In this document: piece by piece, positions 1-8,670 of the stretch
Layout: every line of letters starts with the position of its first letter
Position numbering within the stretch: the stretch's first letter is position 1
DNA from: a virus
Lineage: Duplodnaviria; Caudoviricetes
DNA: 52,793 nt
Strand: one strand, 5' to 3'
Virus record (IMG/VR): IMGVR_UViG_3300000530_000031
Coordinates: 1-52,793 of that record
Translations under genes and position numbers: made by a program
Notes under the pieces: model-generated
The model's database searches: none
Seen by the model: the letters and a program-made list of their open reading frames with translations, nothing else
What the model was told of the DNA's origin: nothing

Positions 1-411
1 TCTGGCGATATTACCCACTGGTTGTCCCTGTGATCGTAATTCATTGAGGTCGCTTAGTTCAGGTTTAGTATTGATACTATTGACATAGGCTGCAATATCA
101 CGTCTTTCTTCGGGTGTTAAGTTCATAGCAAAGTAAGGCATAACAGCCCCAGCACCTTGTGGTACACGACGTCCTTCAGCTAGATCAGTCAACTGTTTCA
201 CAACATAATCATAGCCTAAGTCTGCTAGTCTTGGTGCTCCCATGGCTTCTGTGCCATATCCGCCCGTGCCGTGACAGGTCATACAGGCTACAACAGGACC
301 TTTACCTTCCATAAAGATCCGTTTGCCGTTGGCGGGGTTTCCTGGTATAGCACCTTCAGCGTTAACAATCAGCGGAGTTAAAAACACTAGTGCTAGAAAT
401 AGTTTTTTCAT
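1..411 (-). CDS. Periplasmic c-type cytochrome, c4/c553 family (runs off the window; not in the ORF track)
   Basis: Manual translation from ATG at 411: MKKLFLALVFLTPLIVNAEGAIPGNPANGKRIFMEGKGPVVACMTCHGTGGYGTEAMGAPRLADLGYDYVVKQLTDLAEGRR...VMPYFAMNLTPEERRDIAAYVNS. It has a signal peptide, CxxCH, PRLA..YxxKQL and an axial Met, and continues into what looks like a second heme domain (GNIAR...). Confidence 0.9.
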   Translation of the reverse strand, partial: MKKLFLALVFLTPLIVNAEGAIPGNPANGKRIFMEGKGPVVACMTCHGTGGYGTEAMGAPRLADLGYDYVVKQLTDLAEGRRVPQGAGAVMPYFAMNLTPEERRDIAAYVNSINTKPELSDLNELRSQGQPVGNIAR

Positions 412-420
412 GTTAACTCT

Positions 421-873
421 CTATTTGACGCAGTGTCTATCGCAACCGGTTACTCCAACAACATCCTCTTGATTCAATGGTTGGCTATGTGGAAGTGTTT
501 CGAAATGCGGCATATGGCGTGTTGTAAAGTCTCGAATTAGTTCCTGCTGATGTTTATCTAGATCTCCTAGAAACAATCTAGTTCTAGCTAATGCATAGTG
601 TCCTCGAGTTTCAAAATCTGATAACACGGCCAATTGATGATCAATAACATCTAAAGGATCAGCAGATTTAAAATCATCCTTGGTAACGATATTTACATGG
701 CCAAGTTCTCGCATGCTTTGGCTCCATGCTTGCCAGTTAGACATCTGATAGGATTTAAGATGTAAATCTTTTTTGAGAATCTGTAGTTGGGAGTCAATTG
801 AAGGTTCTGCTGCTTGACTGCTAAATGCAAACATTAACAAGAATGGCAATACTGCAAATAAACTGCGTTTCAT
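421..873 (-). CDS. Secreted Spy/CpxP (LTXXQ)-like helical protein
   Basis: Signal peptide plus LKKDLHLKSYQ..W and LDKHQQ segments resembling the two LTxxQ motifs. Confidence 0.5.
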   Translation of the reverse strand: MKRSLFAVLPFLLMFAFSSQAAEPSIDSQLQILKKDLHLKSYQMSNWQAWSQSMRELGHVNIVTKDDFKSADPLDVIDHQLAVLSDFETRGHYALARTRLFLGDLDKHQQELIRDFTTRHMPHFETLPHSQPLNQEDVVGVTGCDRHCVK

Positions 874-885
874 TTTCTTCTCCTA

Positions 886-1140
886 TTATTTTTGGTTAGT
901 TACTTCCTTTCTTTTTTCTACTTGTGCGAAAAATACTTCTTTTGCTTTGGCATATTCTTCTGGCGCCATTTTTGATTCATCGTTGCTGTCAAATATCAAA
1001 TACTTGATATCTTCATCAAACTGTTCGTTATTGACTGCCCAACGGATTCCATATACTACACCTACGATTATCATGGCACCTGTTACTAGCCATAGATAAA
1101 TGGTCCACCCGTCACCTAAGTTATTAAAAAAATCAGCCAT
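886..1140 (-). CDS. ccoS: CcoS/FixS-like cbb3 cytochrome oxidase maturation protein
   Basis: Single TM helix followed by WAVNNEQFDED, matching the CcoS WAxxxGQFDD motif; upstream AAGGA RBS. Confidence 0.6.
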   Translation of the reverse strand: MADFFNNLGDGWTIYLWLVTGAMIIVGVVYGIRWAVNNEQFDEDIKYLIFDSNDESKMAPEEYAKAKEVFFAQVEKRKEVTNQK

Positions 1141-1267
1141 TTTAGTGTCCTTAAAAAATTGTGCGTTGCATTAACTTTACTTATCAACGATAGTAAAAAT
1201 TATAACAGATTTTTCTTATGATTATTATAAGATTTTCTTATATTGTTTAGACTTAGTATAAGAATTA

Positions 1268-1837
1268 TCAGTTCTTGATATAACTATACTTTCCGCAGGT
1301 GCCTACAGTGCAGTTAATACTCATACTAGCCGAATCGGCTGTAGTTGTATTTGTCTGCTGTATGGTCACTGTCGCACCATTTGTACCATTCATATTTAAT
1401 GTGAATGATTTATCTGCACCAATACCACCAGATTGTGTTGCTGTAATAGTATTTGCGCTGTTATTAGTACCTGCGCCGCCGATCAAATTAAATGTATTAT
1501 TGCTAGCACCACTTTGATTTATGGTAATATTATTTGTTGCACCATTCAGATTTTGGATTGCGGTGGTTTGATTGCCCGTGTCATATTGTGATATTGATAC
1601 TGTATTACTATATCCACTGGGAATGTTGATACCAGCACTCATAGCGCCTGTGCCCTGTTGAGTAATACTATAATTACTAGTGTCTACGCTGCTGGTAGAA
1701 CCTGTGGTAATGTTTACCGATTGTGTAGTACCTGTTTGACTGATAGATACTGTATTACCTGTACCAATTTGATTGACATAAACACTGTCATCAGCAAATG
1801 CAGAAAATGCAAGAAATAATAAAATTAAATATTTCAT
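1268..1837 (-). CDS. Curlin-like secreted beta-solenoid protein
   Basis: Signal peptide; repeated N-x-[VI]-x-I-x-Q-x-G units; located in the csgFG operon. Confidence 0.7.
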   Translation of the reverse strand: MKYLILLFLAFSAFADDSVYVNQIGTGNTVSISQTGTTQSVNITTGSTSSVDTSNYSITQQGTGAMSAGINIPSGYSNTVSISQYDTGNQTTAIQNLNGATNNITINQSGASNNTFNLIGGAGTNNSANTITATQSGGIGADKSFTLNMNGTNGATVTIQQTNTTTADSASMSINCTVGTCGKYSYIKN

Positions 1838-2964
1838 TTTTGTATAACATTAATTAATGTATTATTTCCTGTATTGACTCTATTTTTAACAGTGACTGCA
1901 CCTTGTGTCATAGTAATAGTTGAATTTTGAACACGAGCCACAGTCACACTTTCTGTATTACTGCCATCGTTTCTATATAAGTTTACTGTCCCCGGCGTTA
2001 CAGTGGCTACCACACCTGTCTTGGGATTATAATCTGGTAATAAACTATTAGTTGGATTCAATAAATTACTCAATAACTGTTGTTGTTCATCTTGTAATTG
2101 TTGTGCTAAAATGTCAAAAATATCTGCTAAAAAATACTGTTGTAATAATGGTACTGTCAACGGATCACTGCCGTAAGGAGTAGATTGTGCATCAAAGGCA
2201 TTCTGTAAGAAATCCTGTTGTAGATAGTTTACTGCTAATACTGCTTGTGCAGAATTATCAACTTGCGTTTTAGTTTGTGCGTTTTCTGCTTTTTTAATCT
2301 CAGGTGGAGGACTGACTATTAATAGATTATTAATCACATCGGCAGTAAGATGTAATATGGTTGGTTTTAATGGTGGACTATTTCTGTTGACTACCATAGT
2401 TCCTTGAAAGGGTTTGTTTAGTAAGACAGAACCCGCATCATTAACAACTTCAATGGCACCTGTCTTGCAATCTCTTTCAACATCAATAAAATTTGCAGGA
2501 CAACTAGGTAAATTTATAACTAATGTTTCTCCTAATTCATCTATTGTACTGGTAAAATCTGTACCACGAACTGCGATAGTTGCTGCTGGTGTATTGAGAT
2601 TTACATGTCTAGGATTATTGTGTGCTATCTGTCCGCTGGCATATTCGATAGTGCCACTGACAAATTTCATAGCCAATTTACCTGATCCCTTTTTTGGATC
2701 GTAGACGAAATCATCGATCGTTAATTTACTATGATCGTTGACTACTACTTGGGTATCATCTTCAAAAGTGATACCAAGTTTACCAGCCTGTGTAGCCACT
2801 AGATCGTTCATGTCTACGCCAGCACCTTTGACAGCAGATAGATGCTCGTGACTCCTAGTAATAGTACCAGCTTCTGCTGCCTGTACAGTGATCTTGCCTA
2901 CACTGGCCTGTGCTAAAGAACTGACCAGTGCAAGCAATAAGATTAACCATCTAGTTAGATACAT
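1834..2964 (-). CDS. FecR-domain secreted protein
   Basis: Signal peptide; FEDDTQVVVNDHSKLTIDDFVYDP and TPAATIAVRGTDF FecR motifs. Confidence 0.85.
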   Translation of the reverse strand: MYLTRWLILLLALVSSLAQASVGKITVQAAEAGTITRSHEHLSAVKGAGVDMNDLVATQAGKLGITFEDDTQVVVNDHSKLTIDDFVYDPKKGSGKLAMKFVSGTIEYASGQIAHNNPRHVNLNTPAATIAVRGTDFTSTIDELGETLVINLPSCPANFIDVERDCKTGAIEVVNDAGSVLLNKPFQGTMVVNRNSPPLKPTILHLTADVINNLLIVSPPPEIKKAENAQTKTQVDNSAQAVLAVNYLQQDFLQNAFDAQSTPYGSDPLTVPLLQQYFLADIFDILAQQLQDEQQQLLSNLLNPTNSLLPDYNPKTGVVATVTPGTVNLYRNDGSNTESVTVARVQNSTITMTQGAVTVKNRVNTGNNTLINVIQK

Positions 2965-3763
2965 TTATATGGTAGGTATTGCTGCTACCTGTGCCCTGTA
3001 GATTGACTGTGGTGTTAGCAGTAGTAGCATTCTGTGTGATACCTGCTGTGTTACCACTACCATTTAAATTCACTGTAGTAGTATTGGTATAAGCAGCACT
3101 GGTCTGCACCACATCTACTGTGTTGCTGGCTCCAGTTAATGTTACACTGGCTGTACCGTTGTTATTAGTAGTAGCTGTTGCGCCACTGGCTAATGCGCTG
3201 CCACCAACACCTTGATTAACTGTCACTGAGTTAGATCCGCCACCGCTGACATTGATAGTGTCAGTGTTGCTAGTACCATTGGTTGTTGCTGTAACACTGT
3301 TGCTGGTTCCGCCAGTGGTTGTGGCTGTTACCTTGTTAGTAGTACCTAGGACATTGATATTGGCAGCTGATGTATCGCCTGTTTGGTTAATGTTAATGGT
3401 GTTGCTGGCACTAGTGCCTTGTCCATTGTTATTACTATCAATCGTTGCAGTACTATTATTACCTGTTACACTATAGGTAAAACTGTTGCCACCTGTGGCA
3501 CCTGTGGCCTGTGTAGTATTAACGCCAAAGTTAGTGACGTTACCTGTACCAGTCTGTGTAATACTGACTGTGTTGCTGTTACCTGTGATGTTGGCAGGTG
3601 TTGTAGGACTTACCGCACCTACTCCCTGTACTACGTTACCAGCACCACTTTGTGTGACTGTAACTGTACTGCTACTACCTATCTGATCTATATAGATGCT
3701 GTTGTCTGCTGACCATGCCAGACCGGTAAACATCATTGCTATCGCGGCTATTAGTTTTTTCAT
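2951..3763 (-). CDS. Curlin-like secreted beta-solenoid protein (major subunit candidate)
   Basis: Signal peptide; G/N/T/S-rich repeats such as NTVSITQTGTGN; paralog of 1268..1837 (DNSIYIDQIG vs DDSVYVNQIG). Confidence 0.75.
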   Translation of the reverse strand: MKKLIAAIAMMFTGLAWSADNSIYIDQIGSSSTVTVTQSGAGNVVQGVGAVSPTTPANITGNSNTVSITQTGTGNVTNFGVNTTQATGATGGNSFTYSVTGNNSTATIDSNNNGQGTSASNTININQTGDTSAANINVLGTTNKVTATTTGGTSNSVTATTNGTSNTDTINVSGGGSNSVTVNQGVGGSALASGATATTNNNGTASVTLTGASNTVDVVQTSAAYTNTTTVNLNGSGNTAGITQNATTANTTVNLQGTGSSNTYHINVSN

Positions 3764-4563
3764 TTTTTAGCTCCTGGGAGCATCGCGCCAGAGAAATCCC
3801 AAACACCTTTACGTGCTCCTTCTTTTATTAAATCTACTACTGAAGCATCTATCGCTTCTTTTACTGCTAATGTGCCAGGTTCATTAATTGTTAAACCTGT
3901 TTCAGTTTCAAAACTCTGTGTCCCATTATCAAAAAATTTAAGAACAGCAACACTATCTGCTGTACTATAAACTGTTTTAGTCACTGTTATACTACAGAGT
4001 ATTTTACCTGTATTGACACTTATAGCTCGTAAACTTATTGTTATGATATCTTTGCTATATAATGTTGTTGGTCCTATGCCTAACCAACGATAAGCAGCAC
4101 CACCTGATTCCATTCCTGAATCATAACCAATGATACCACCTTCTAGGATAATACCTGCAAATTTGAGAGGCATTAATTTTTGTGCATCTTTACCTTCATA
4201 AGCACCACGCATCTGTGTGATAATAGTTCTTTCACGTATGAGATCATCAACGTTCTCACGTTCTACTACATCAAACCAACGACCATGACTGACATTTTCT
4301 AATGCTTCAATTAAAAATGGTGCTCCGTCTTGTGTTACAGCACTACTGAAACTTGTTGTATTTGGTATATTTCTTTTCTGTCCTGTTTTATCTTGGAAAC
4401 TATAAACTGCTACTGTTATTCTTGGACCAGCAGGAGGTAAAATATTATCAAATTCTCTCTGCATACGATTTTCAGCAAGTTTAGGTTTTTCTGGTTCAGT
4501 AAATTTTTGTGTTATAGCACAACCAGATAAAAACAATATTAGTAAAATAGAGAAATATCTCAT
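3760..4563 (-). CDS. csgG: Curli secretion channel lipoprotein CsgG
   Basis: Lipobox LSGC; VAVYSFQDKTGQ, FSSAVTQ, WFDVVERE, LIRERTII and EGGIIGYDS motifs. Confidence 0.93.
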   Translation of the reverse strand: MRYFSILLILFLSGCAITQKFTEPEKPKLAENRMQREFDNILPPAGPRITVAVYSFQDKTGQKRNIPNTTSFSSAVTQDGAPFLIEALENVSHGRWFDVVERENVDDLIRERTIITQMRGAYEGKDAQKLMPLKFAGIILEGGIIGYDSGMESGGAAYRWLGIGPTTLYSKDIITISLRAISVNTGKILCSITVTKTVYSTADSVAVLKFFDNGTQSFETETGLTINEPGTLAVKEAIDASVVDLIKEGARKGVWDFSGAMLPGAKK

Positions 4564-5024
4564 TTCACGCTGCCTGTGATATTAAACTGTCCAATAGGCA
4601 CAGTTATGTTAGTACTATTGCCTACATTATCAACTACCTGTAGCTGTATGTTAGAACCTGTGTTGTTCCAATAGATAGTATTACCTTGGAAATTCATGCT
4701 GCCGCTGGTAGCACTACCCCCAGAAAACATAGCTGTGGCTAGATTTTGGCTGATCTGTGCATAGATCCTGGATTCTAAGTTAGTTAAAAACTGATTGATC
4801 GGCTGATTGGCTGCATTAGCTGCCTGTTGCTGTGCTGCCTGTTGCAATGCCTGCTGTATAGCCTGTGCGCGAGTATATTCTTCGTTCTGTATGGTCAGCA
4901 CATAGGTGCCGTACCCATTACCGTTGAAACTAGGACTTTTGAATTGATAGTCCTGTATAGGTGTAGCTAAGGCAATTGGGCAGATAGACATGCCCAATGC
5001 TAGTATTTTATATTTTTTTATCAC
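4560..5024 (-). CDS. csgF: Curli assembly factor CsgF
   Basis: Signal peptide; YQFKSPSFNGNG, FLTNLESRIYAQISQNL and a C-terminal T.ITVP; adjacent to csgG. Confidence 0.88.
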   Translation of the reverse strand: MIKKYKILALGMSICPIALATPIQDYQFKSPSFNGNGYGTYVLTIQNEEYTRAQAIQQALQQAAQQQAANAANQPINQFLTNLESRIYAQISQNLATAMFSGGSATSGSMNFQGNTIYWNNTGSNIQLQVVDNVGNSTNITVPIGQFNITGSVK

Positions 5025-5080
5025 AATCTAGCTCCTACTTATATTTAAACAGTAGGTGTATTATGATAATATAGTCATAG

Positions 5081-5104
5081 AAATAGGGCCCTCGAGCCCT
5101 ATTT
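5081..5104 (-). terminator. Intrinsic terminator-like hairpin
   Basis: 9-bp inverted repeat AAATAGGGC-cctcga-GCCCTATTT downstream of 5120..5293. Confidence 0.7.
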
Positions 5105-5119
5105 TATGCTAACAACAGA

Positions 5120-5293
5120 TTACTTCTTTTCTGCTTTTTTTACTTCTTTTTTAGCAGGTTCTGCTTTTTTCGTTGCTTTTTTCACTGCTTTTTTAGCTAC
5201 TACAACAGGTTTGGCTGTTGCTGGTTTTGCTGTTTCTGCGGCTGTTGCGGTTAATGCAAATAATGCTAATGCTAGGGTTACTAAGTATTTCAT
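5120..5293 (-). CDS. Small secreted Lys/Ala-rich protein (Asr acid-shock-like; not in the ORF track)
   Basis: AAGGAG RBS; MKYLVTLALALFALTATAAETAKPATAKPVVVAKKAVKKATKKAEPAKKEVKKAEKK (57 aa). Confidence 0.8.
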   Translation of the reverse strand: MKYLVTLALALFALTATAAETAKPATAKPVVVAKKAVKKATKKAEPAKKEVKKAEKK

Positions 5294-5306
5294 GTTTTCT
5301 CCTTGA

Positions 5307-6437
5307 TTAAAAGTGTACTACTGTTCCAACGATAAATGCCTGCGCTACAGTGTTGATTCCTGGCGCGCTGACTGCTGTGCTGCCTACATTGTCTCCGTAC
5401 CAAACTGGAGCATAGGTAGCATAATAACCTTCTTTTACATAGTTATACTGTGCATATAAATCAGTACGTTTGCTCAATGCATAGTGCACCTGAGCGTTGT
5501 ACAAGCTGGTGCTACCGCTATTGTGTACATAGTTTGCACCAAATTTTACTCTTTCGGTGGCTTGATAACCTAGACCCAAAGAACCAGTGTTGACCTTGGC
5601 GTACGGATATGCGCCGGTAAACTGTTGCACTTTGCTAGAACTGGTAAACATAGCACCAATGCTGTAGCGTCCGTATTTGTATGAAGCACCTAATAGGTAC
5701 TCGTTGCCACCATAGACATTAGTATAGTATGGCACATACCCGTTGAGGGTGATAGTAGGCAATGTATAACCTGAGGGAACAGGGGTGAATACTCCGTAAC
5801 CTGCGGTTAATTTTAGATCTTTAACGGGTTCTACACGCAGATATCCGTCGGCCATACTACCCGATAACAATCCGTTGCCATATTGGTCCGGTACATTGCC
5901 CGATGAATAGGTAAACCCACCAGTAACACGACCGCTGAATAATCTCGGAAGAGTATATTTGATAGCCTGTGTAGGGAAGTAATTACCTGTGCCGCCAGGT
6001 ATCTGTGTACTAAAGTTCACTGAGTTTCCAGCGACTGGCAGTATCGACCCCTGTGCATCTGCAGCCAGTGAGTCATATACCGTGCCTAATTGCACAGTAC
6101 CTAAATCTACACTAGAAAGTCCGATATTGGCCTGGCGTCGGAATAGCACATTGTTAACAGTAGTGCCGCCGGCAGTGATATCACCTTCGAGGTTAAATAT
6201 TGCCCGGTTTCCTTCGCCGAGATCTTCTGAGCCACGGATGCCCCACTCAGATGATTCCATTGAGGAATTAGCAAAGCCTACTCCGCCTAACTGCTTGCCG
6301 GCTGAATTGGTAGCGTTAACACCGGCATAACCTGCGTCAATACGACCAAATAATGATACTCCGTCTTGAGCTTGGGCACCTGCACTGACTGCAAGTACTG
6401 CCGCTGTTGCGACGATTATTTTTAATAGATATTTCAT
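5307..6437 (-). CDS. Gram-negative outer-membrane porin (betaproteobacterial type)
   Basis: Signal peptide; VSLFGRIDAG, SEWGIRGSEDLG..AIFNLE, RQANIGLS, YALSKRTDLY; C-terminal Phe. Confidence 0.92.
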   Translation of the reverse strand: MKYLLKIIVATAAVLAVSAGAQAQDGVSLFGRIDAGYAGVNATNSAGKQLGGVGFANSSMESSEWGIRGSEDLGEGNRAIFNLEGDITAGGTTVNNVLFRRQANIGLSSVDLGTVQLGTVYDSLAADAQGSILPVAGNSVNFSTQIPGGTGNYFPTQAIKYTLPRLFSGRVTGGFTYSSGNVPDQYGNGLLSGSMADGYLRVEPVKDLKLTAGYGVFTPVPSGYTLPTITLNGYVPYYTNVYGGNEYLLGASYKYGRYSIGAMFTSSSKVQQFTGAYPYAKVNTGSLGLGYQATERVKFGANYVHNSGSTSLYNAQVHYALSKRTDLYAQYNYVKEGYYATYAPVWYGDNVGSTAVSAPGINTVAQAFIVGTVVHF

Positions 6438-6457
6438 ATTTTCTCCTTATTAAGAAT

Positions 6458-6802
6458 TTAAATTACCTGTTGCTGATTACTGCTGATTTCAAAATTTCTA
6501 ATTCGTTTCAATATTTCTTCATAGTACGTGTCTAGCTCGCCGCCAAACTGCCCTATAAGGTGCTCCGAAATATCTCTACAGAGTTTATAGTTTTGATCTT
6601 TAAAGAAAGCCTGTACAAAGGCTTGGTGAAGTTCTATATATTTATCTAGATGCGCGAATCCATTGATACCTATTTTTTCTGCGGGCACTACACAGTAAGT
6701 GGTTATTGGGCCTCGCCCTGGCACTTCAAATGTTTCTAATTCTAACACAGTGTGTGATTTTTTAACCTGTTCTACTATTGTTTGATCCCAGATTATCTGC
6801 AT
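6458..6802 (-). CDS. Hypothetical protein (resembles the C-terminal region of class III cyclases)
   Basis: ORF track entry; ATG at 6802 abuts the upstream stop, so it is preferred as the start. Confidence 0.55.
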   Translation of the reverse strand: MQIIWDQTIVEQVKKSHTVLELETFEVPGRGPITTYCVVPAEKIGINGFAHLDKYIELHQAFVQAFFKDQNYKLCRDISEHLIGQFGGELDTYYEEILKRIRNFEISSNQQQVI

Positions 6803-7236
6803 TAAACGCTCTCCTTGCCCCAGGAACAACGGTTCCAGGCACGCTCATGCAACACATACATTATCATATTTACTATGGCCCCAGTACCTAGATAGAAAGC
6901 GCCAGTTTTCCAATTACCTGAAACTAAAAAAGCGATGAGAAAGTTACTGGCACTGATGACTATACGCCAGGTGATTAATTTTGACCCTGTCCTAGGAAGT
7001 CCTTCGTAAAAAAGCAGACCTGTTTCTGCACGTCTGTTCCATTGCATCCAATTCCAAGATCTTTCATGCAACCAATAAAGCACACTGTTGATCAATATAG
7101 ACCAGCTGGCGATTTCCATGCTTAATTTTACAGATCCTGTTACCGCTAGTGCTGTAATAAAATGACTGATGGTTACGAACACACGCCAGGAAACCAGTTT
7201 AGCGATCGTTCTTGATTGTGTTTCTAGAAATTTCAT
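6802..7236 (-). CDS. Tandem DUF2061 membrane protein
   Basis: Two copies of the R..K..[ST]WR ... Y.LHER.W motif. Confidence 0.8.
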   Translation of the reverse strand: MKFLETQSRTIAKLVSWRVFVTISHFITALAVTGSVKLSMEIASWSILINSVLYWLHERSWNWMQWNRRAETGLLFYEGLPRTGSKLITWRIVISASNFLIAFLVSGNWKTGAFYLGTGAIVNMIMYVLHERAWNRCSWGKESV

Positions 7237-7790
7237 TTTTTACTCCTTTCGAATCTAGGTTTTATGTTCTGATCTCTAAAGATCTTTTGTACTGCCACTG
7301 CCTGGCTTACACAATCTTCTAGTGCATTGTGCAGGCCCACTTTATTTTTTTCTCTGGGATCACCATGCACACCAAATAATGTGCGGCTATCTCTGATCTG
7401 CCAGAACTGCCAAGGGGTAGGCCATCCCATCTGTCGGTAAAGATTTTCTAATATAGCTATGTCAAAAACCGGACCTTGTGCCCAGATACAGTCCGCACCT
7501 ACTAAAAATCTATTGAGTTCACGATACATAGTTGCCAGGCTGACTCGATTGTCTGTGCTAAATGCTTCATCTCTGACATCATCGGACTGTTGCATCCACC
7601 AGTTAAGCGTATCCTCTTGTACATTACGCCCTAGGGTTGTTTGCTCATCCACGTCTATACGATAGTACAATCCCGGTCCAGGTTCTCGTGTGATATCGTA
7701 AGGATCAAACTTGACGCATCCAATAGTCAGTATCACGCAATCAGGCCTAGTTCCGAGACTTTCTAAATCTAACATTACATCAAGAGCCAT
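7233..7790 (-). CDS. DEDDh 3'-5' exonuclease (DexA/Rv2179c-like)
   Basis: MLDLESLG, WAQGPVFD, RDSRT and HNALED motifs. Confidence 0.88.
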   Translation of the reverse strand: MALDVMLDLESLGTRPDCVILTIGCVKFDPYDITREPGPGLYYRIDVDEQTTLGRNVQEDTLNWWMQQSDDVRDEAFSTDNRVSLATMYRELNRFLVGADCIWAQGPVFDIAILENLYRQMGWPTPWQFWQIRDSRTLFGVHGDPREKNKVGLHNALEDCVSQAVAVQKIFRDQNIKPRFERSKK

Positions 7791-7791
7791 T

Positions 7792-8274
7792 TTATTTGTC
7801 TTTATCTAGAATTTTACAAGATTCTGCTTCGACTACACGACGACGCAGTCCACTGGAACTAAAACTGTGGTCTCTACCATTGAATACTATCTCTATGCCA
7901 CGGTTATCACATTCAGCACGTCCAGTAAAATCTGTATGTTCGTATTCTACACCTAGCACACGCACATCAATAGGTAAGATTAACAGTAAGTCGATTAAAT
8001 CCTGTTCTGTTTGGTAAACCACCACTTCATCAACATATCTACAGGCGCTGAGCTGTATCTGACGTTCTACTATGCTTTGGACGGGCCGATTTTTGGTTTC
8101 GGGTCTATCAATAGTAGGATCGGTTTGTAGTCCAGCGATAAGATAATCACAGTGATTTTTAGCTTCGGCTAGCATGGCTATGTGTCCGGCATGTGGGCCT
8201 AGATCAAACGCTGAAAATACCACGCCAATTTTCTTTCCCTGCTCTTTGAGTTCTTTGATCTTATTGAATATCAT
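7792..8274 (-). CDS. Cytidylyltransferase (TagD/glycerol-3-phosphate CTase family)
   Basis: FSAFDL.HAGH (HxGH), CDYLIAGL, YVDEV and R.HSFSSS motifs. Confidence 0.85.
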   Translation of the reverse strand: MIFNKIKELKEQGKKIGVVFSAFDLGPHAGHIAMLAEAKNHCDYLIAGLQTDPTIDRPETKNRPVQSIVERQIQLSACRYVDEVVVYQTEQDLIDLLLILPIDVRVLGVEYEHTDFTGRAECDNRGIEIVFNGRDHSFSSSGLRRRVVEAESCKILDKDK

Positions 8275-8588
8275 TGATCTGGCTCGATCTTGACTTGTAA
8301 TGGAAAACCGTGTGTACGGGCCATGAGCGTGACCTCTATCGCTTTCTGTTCAGCTAATTCATAGGGCAGGACAGCTACTACTGCTGAACCTTCTGTATGC
8401 ACACGCATGGTCATGGCTTCGGCTGCTTCTTCATCGTAATGGAACACGACTTTCAATGTTTCAACAACAAATTCCTGTGTAGTTGTTTCATCGTTGACAT
8501 AGACGATACGATAGTCAGGGGGTTCAGGAATATTGTTCTTGGGTTCGATCATAGGTTTGATCACTGTTTCTGTTTTGATGTGTGACAT
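8271..8588 (-). CDS. clpS: ATP-dependent Clp protease adaptor ClpS
   Basis: Y.I.Y.NDETTTQEFVV, VHTEGSAVV, ELAEQK and GFPL motifs. Confidence 0.92.
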   Translation of the reverse strand: MSHIKTETVIKPMIEPKNNIPEPPDYRIVYVNDETTTQEFVVETLKVVFHYDEEAAEAMTMRVHTEGSAVVAVLPYELAEQKAIEVTLMARTHGFPLQVKIEPDQ

Positions 8589-8604
8589 AGTTTTCTCTCA
8601 TTAA

Positions 8605-8630
8605 AATGGGGAATATCTCTATTCCCCATT
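8605..8630 (-). terminator. Hairpin, probable terminator after hsp20
   Basis: 11-bp perfect inverted repeat AATGGGGAATA/TATTCCCCATT with a 4-nt loop and a short U tract. Confidence 0.55.
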
Positions 8631-8659
8631 AGTATACTACGATATAAACAATATCGCAA
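8631..8659 (-). promoter_or_regulatory. sigma70-type promoter upstream of clpS
   Basis: TTGCGA-17 nt-TATACT on the minus strand. Confidence 0.6.
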
Positions 8660-8670
8660 GAGTTATACTA

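Noticed and set aside
5106-5306. Plus-strand 66-aa ORF
   Set aside because: It is the antisense shadow of the minus-strand 5120..5293 gene, which has an RBS, signal peptide and terminator.
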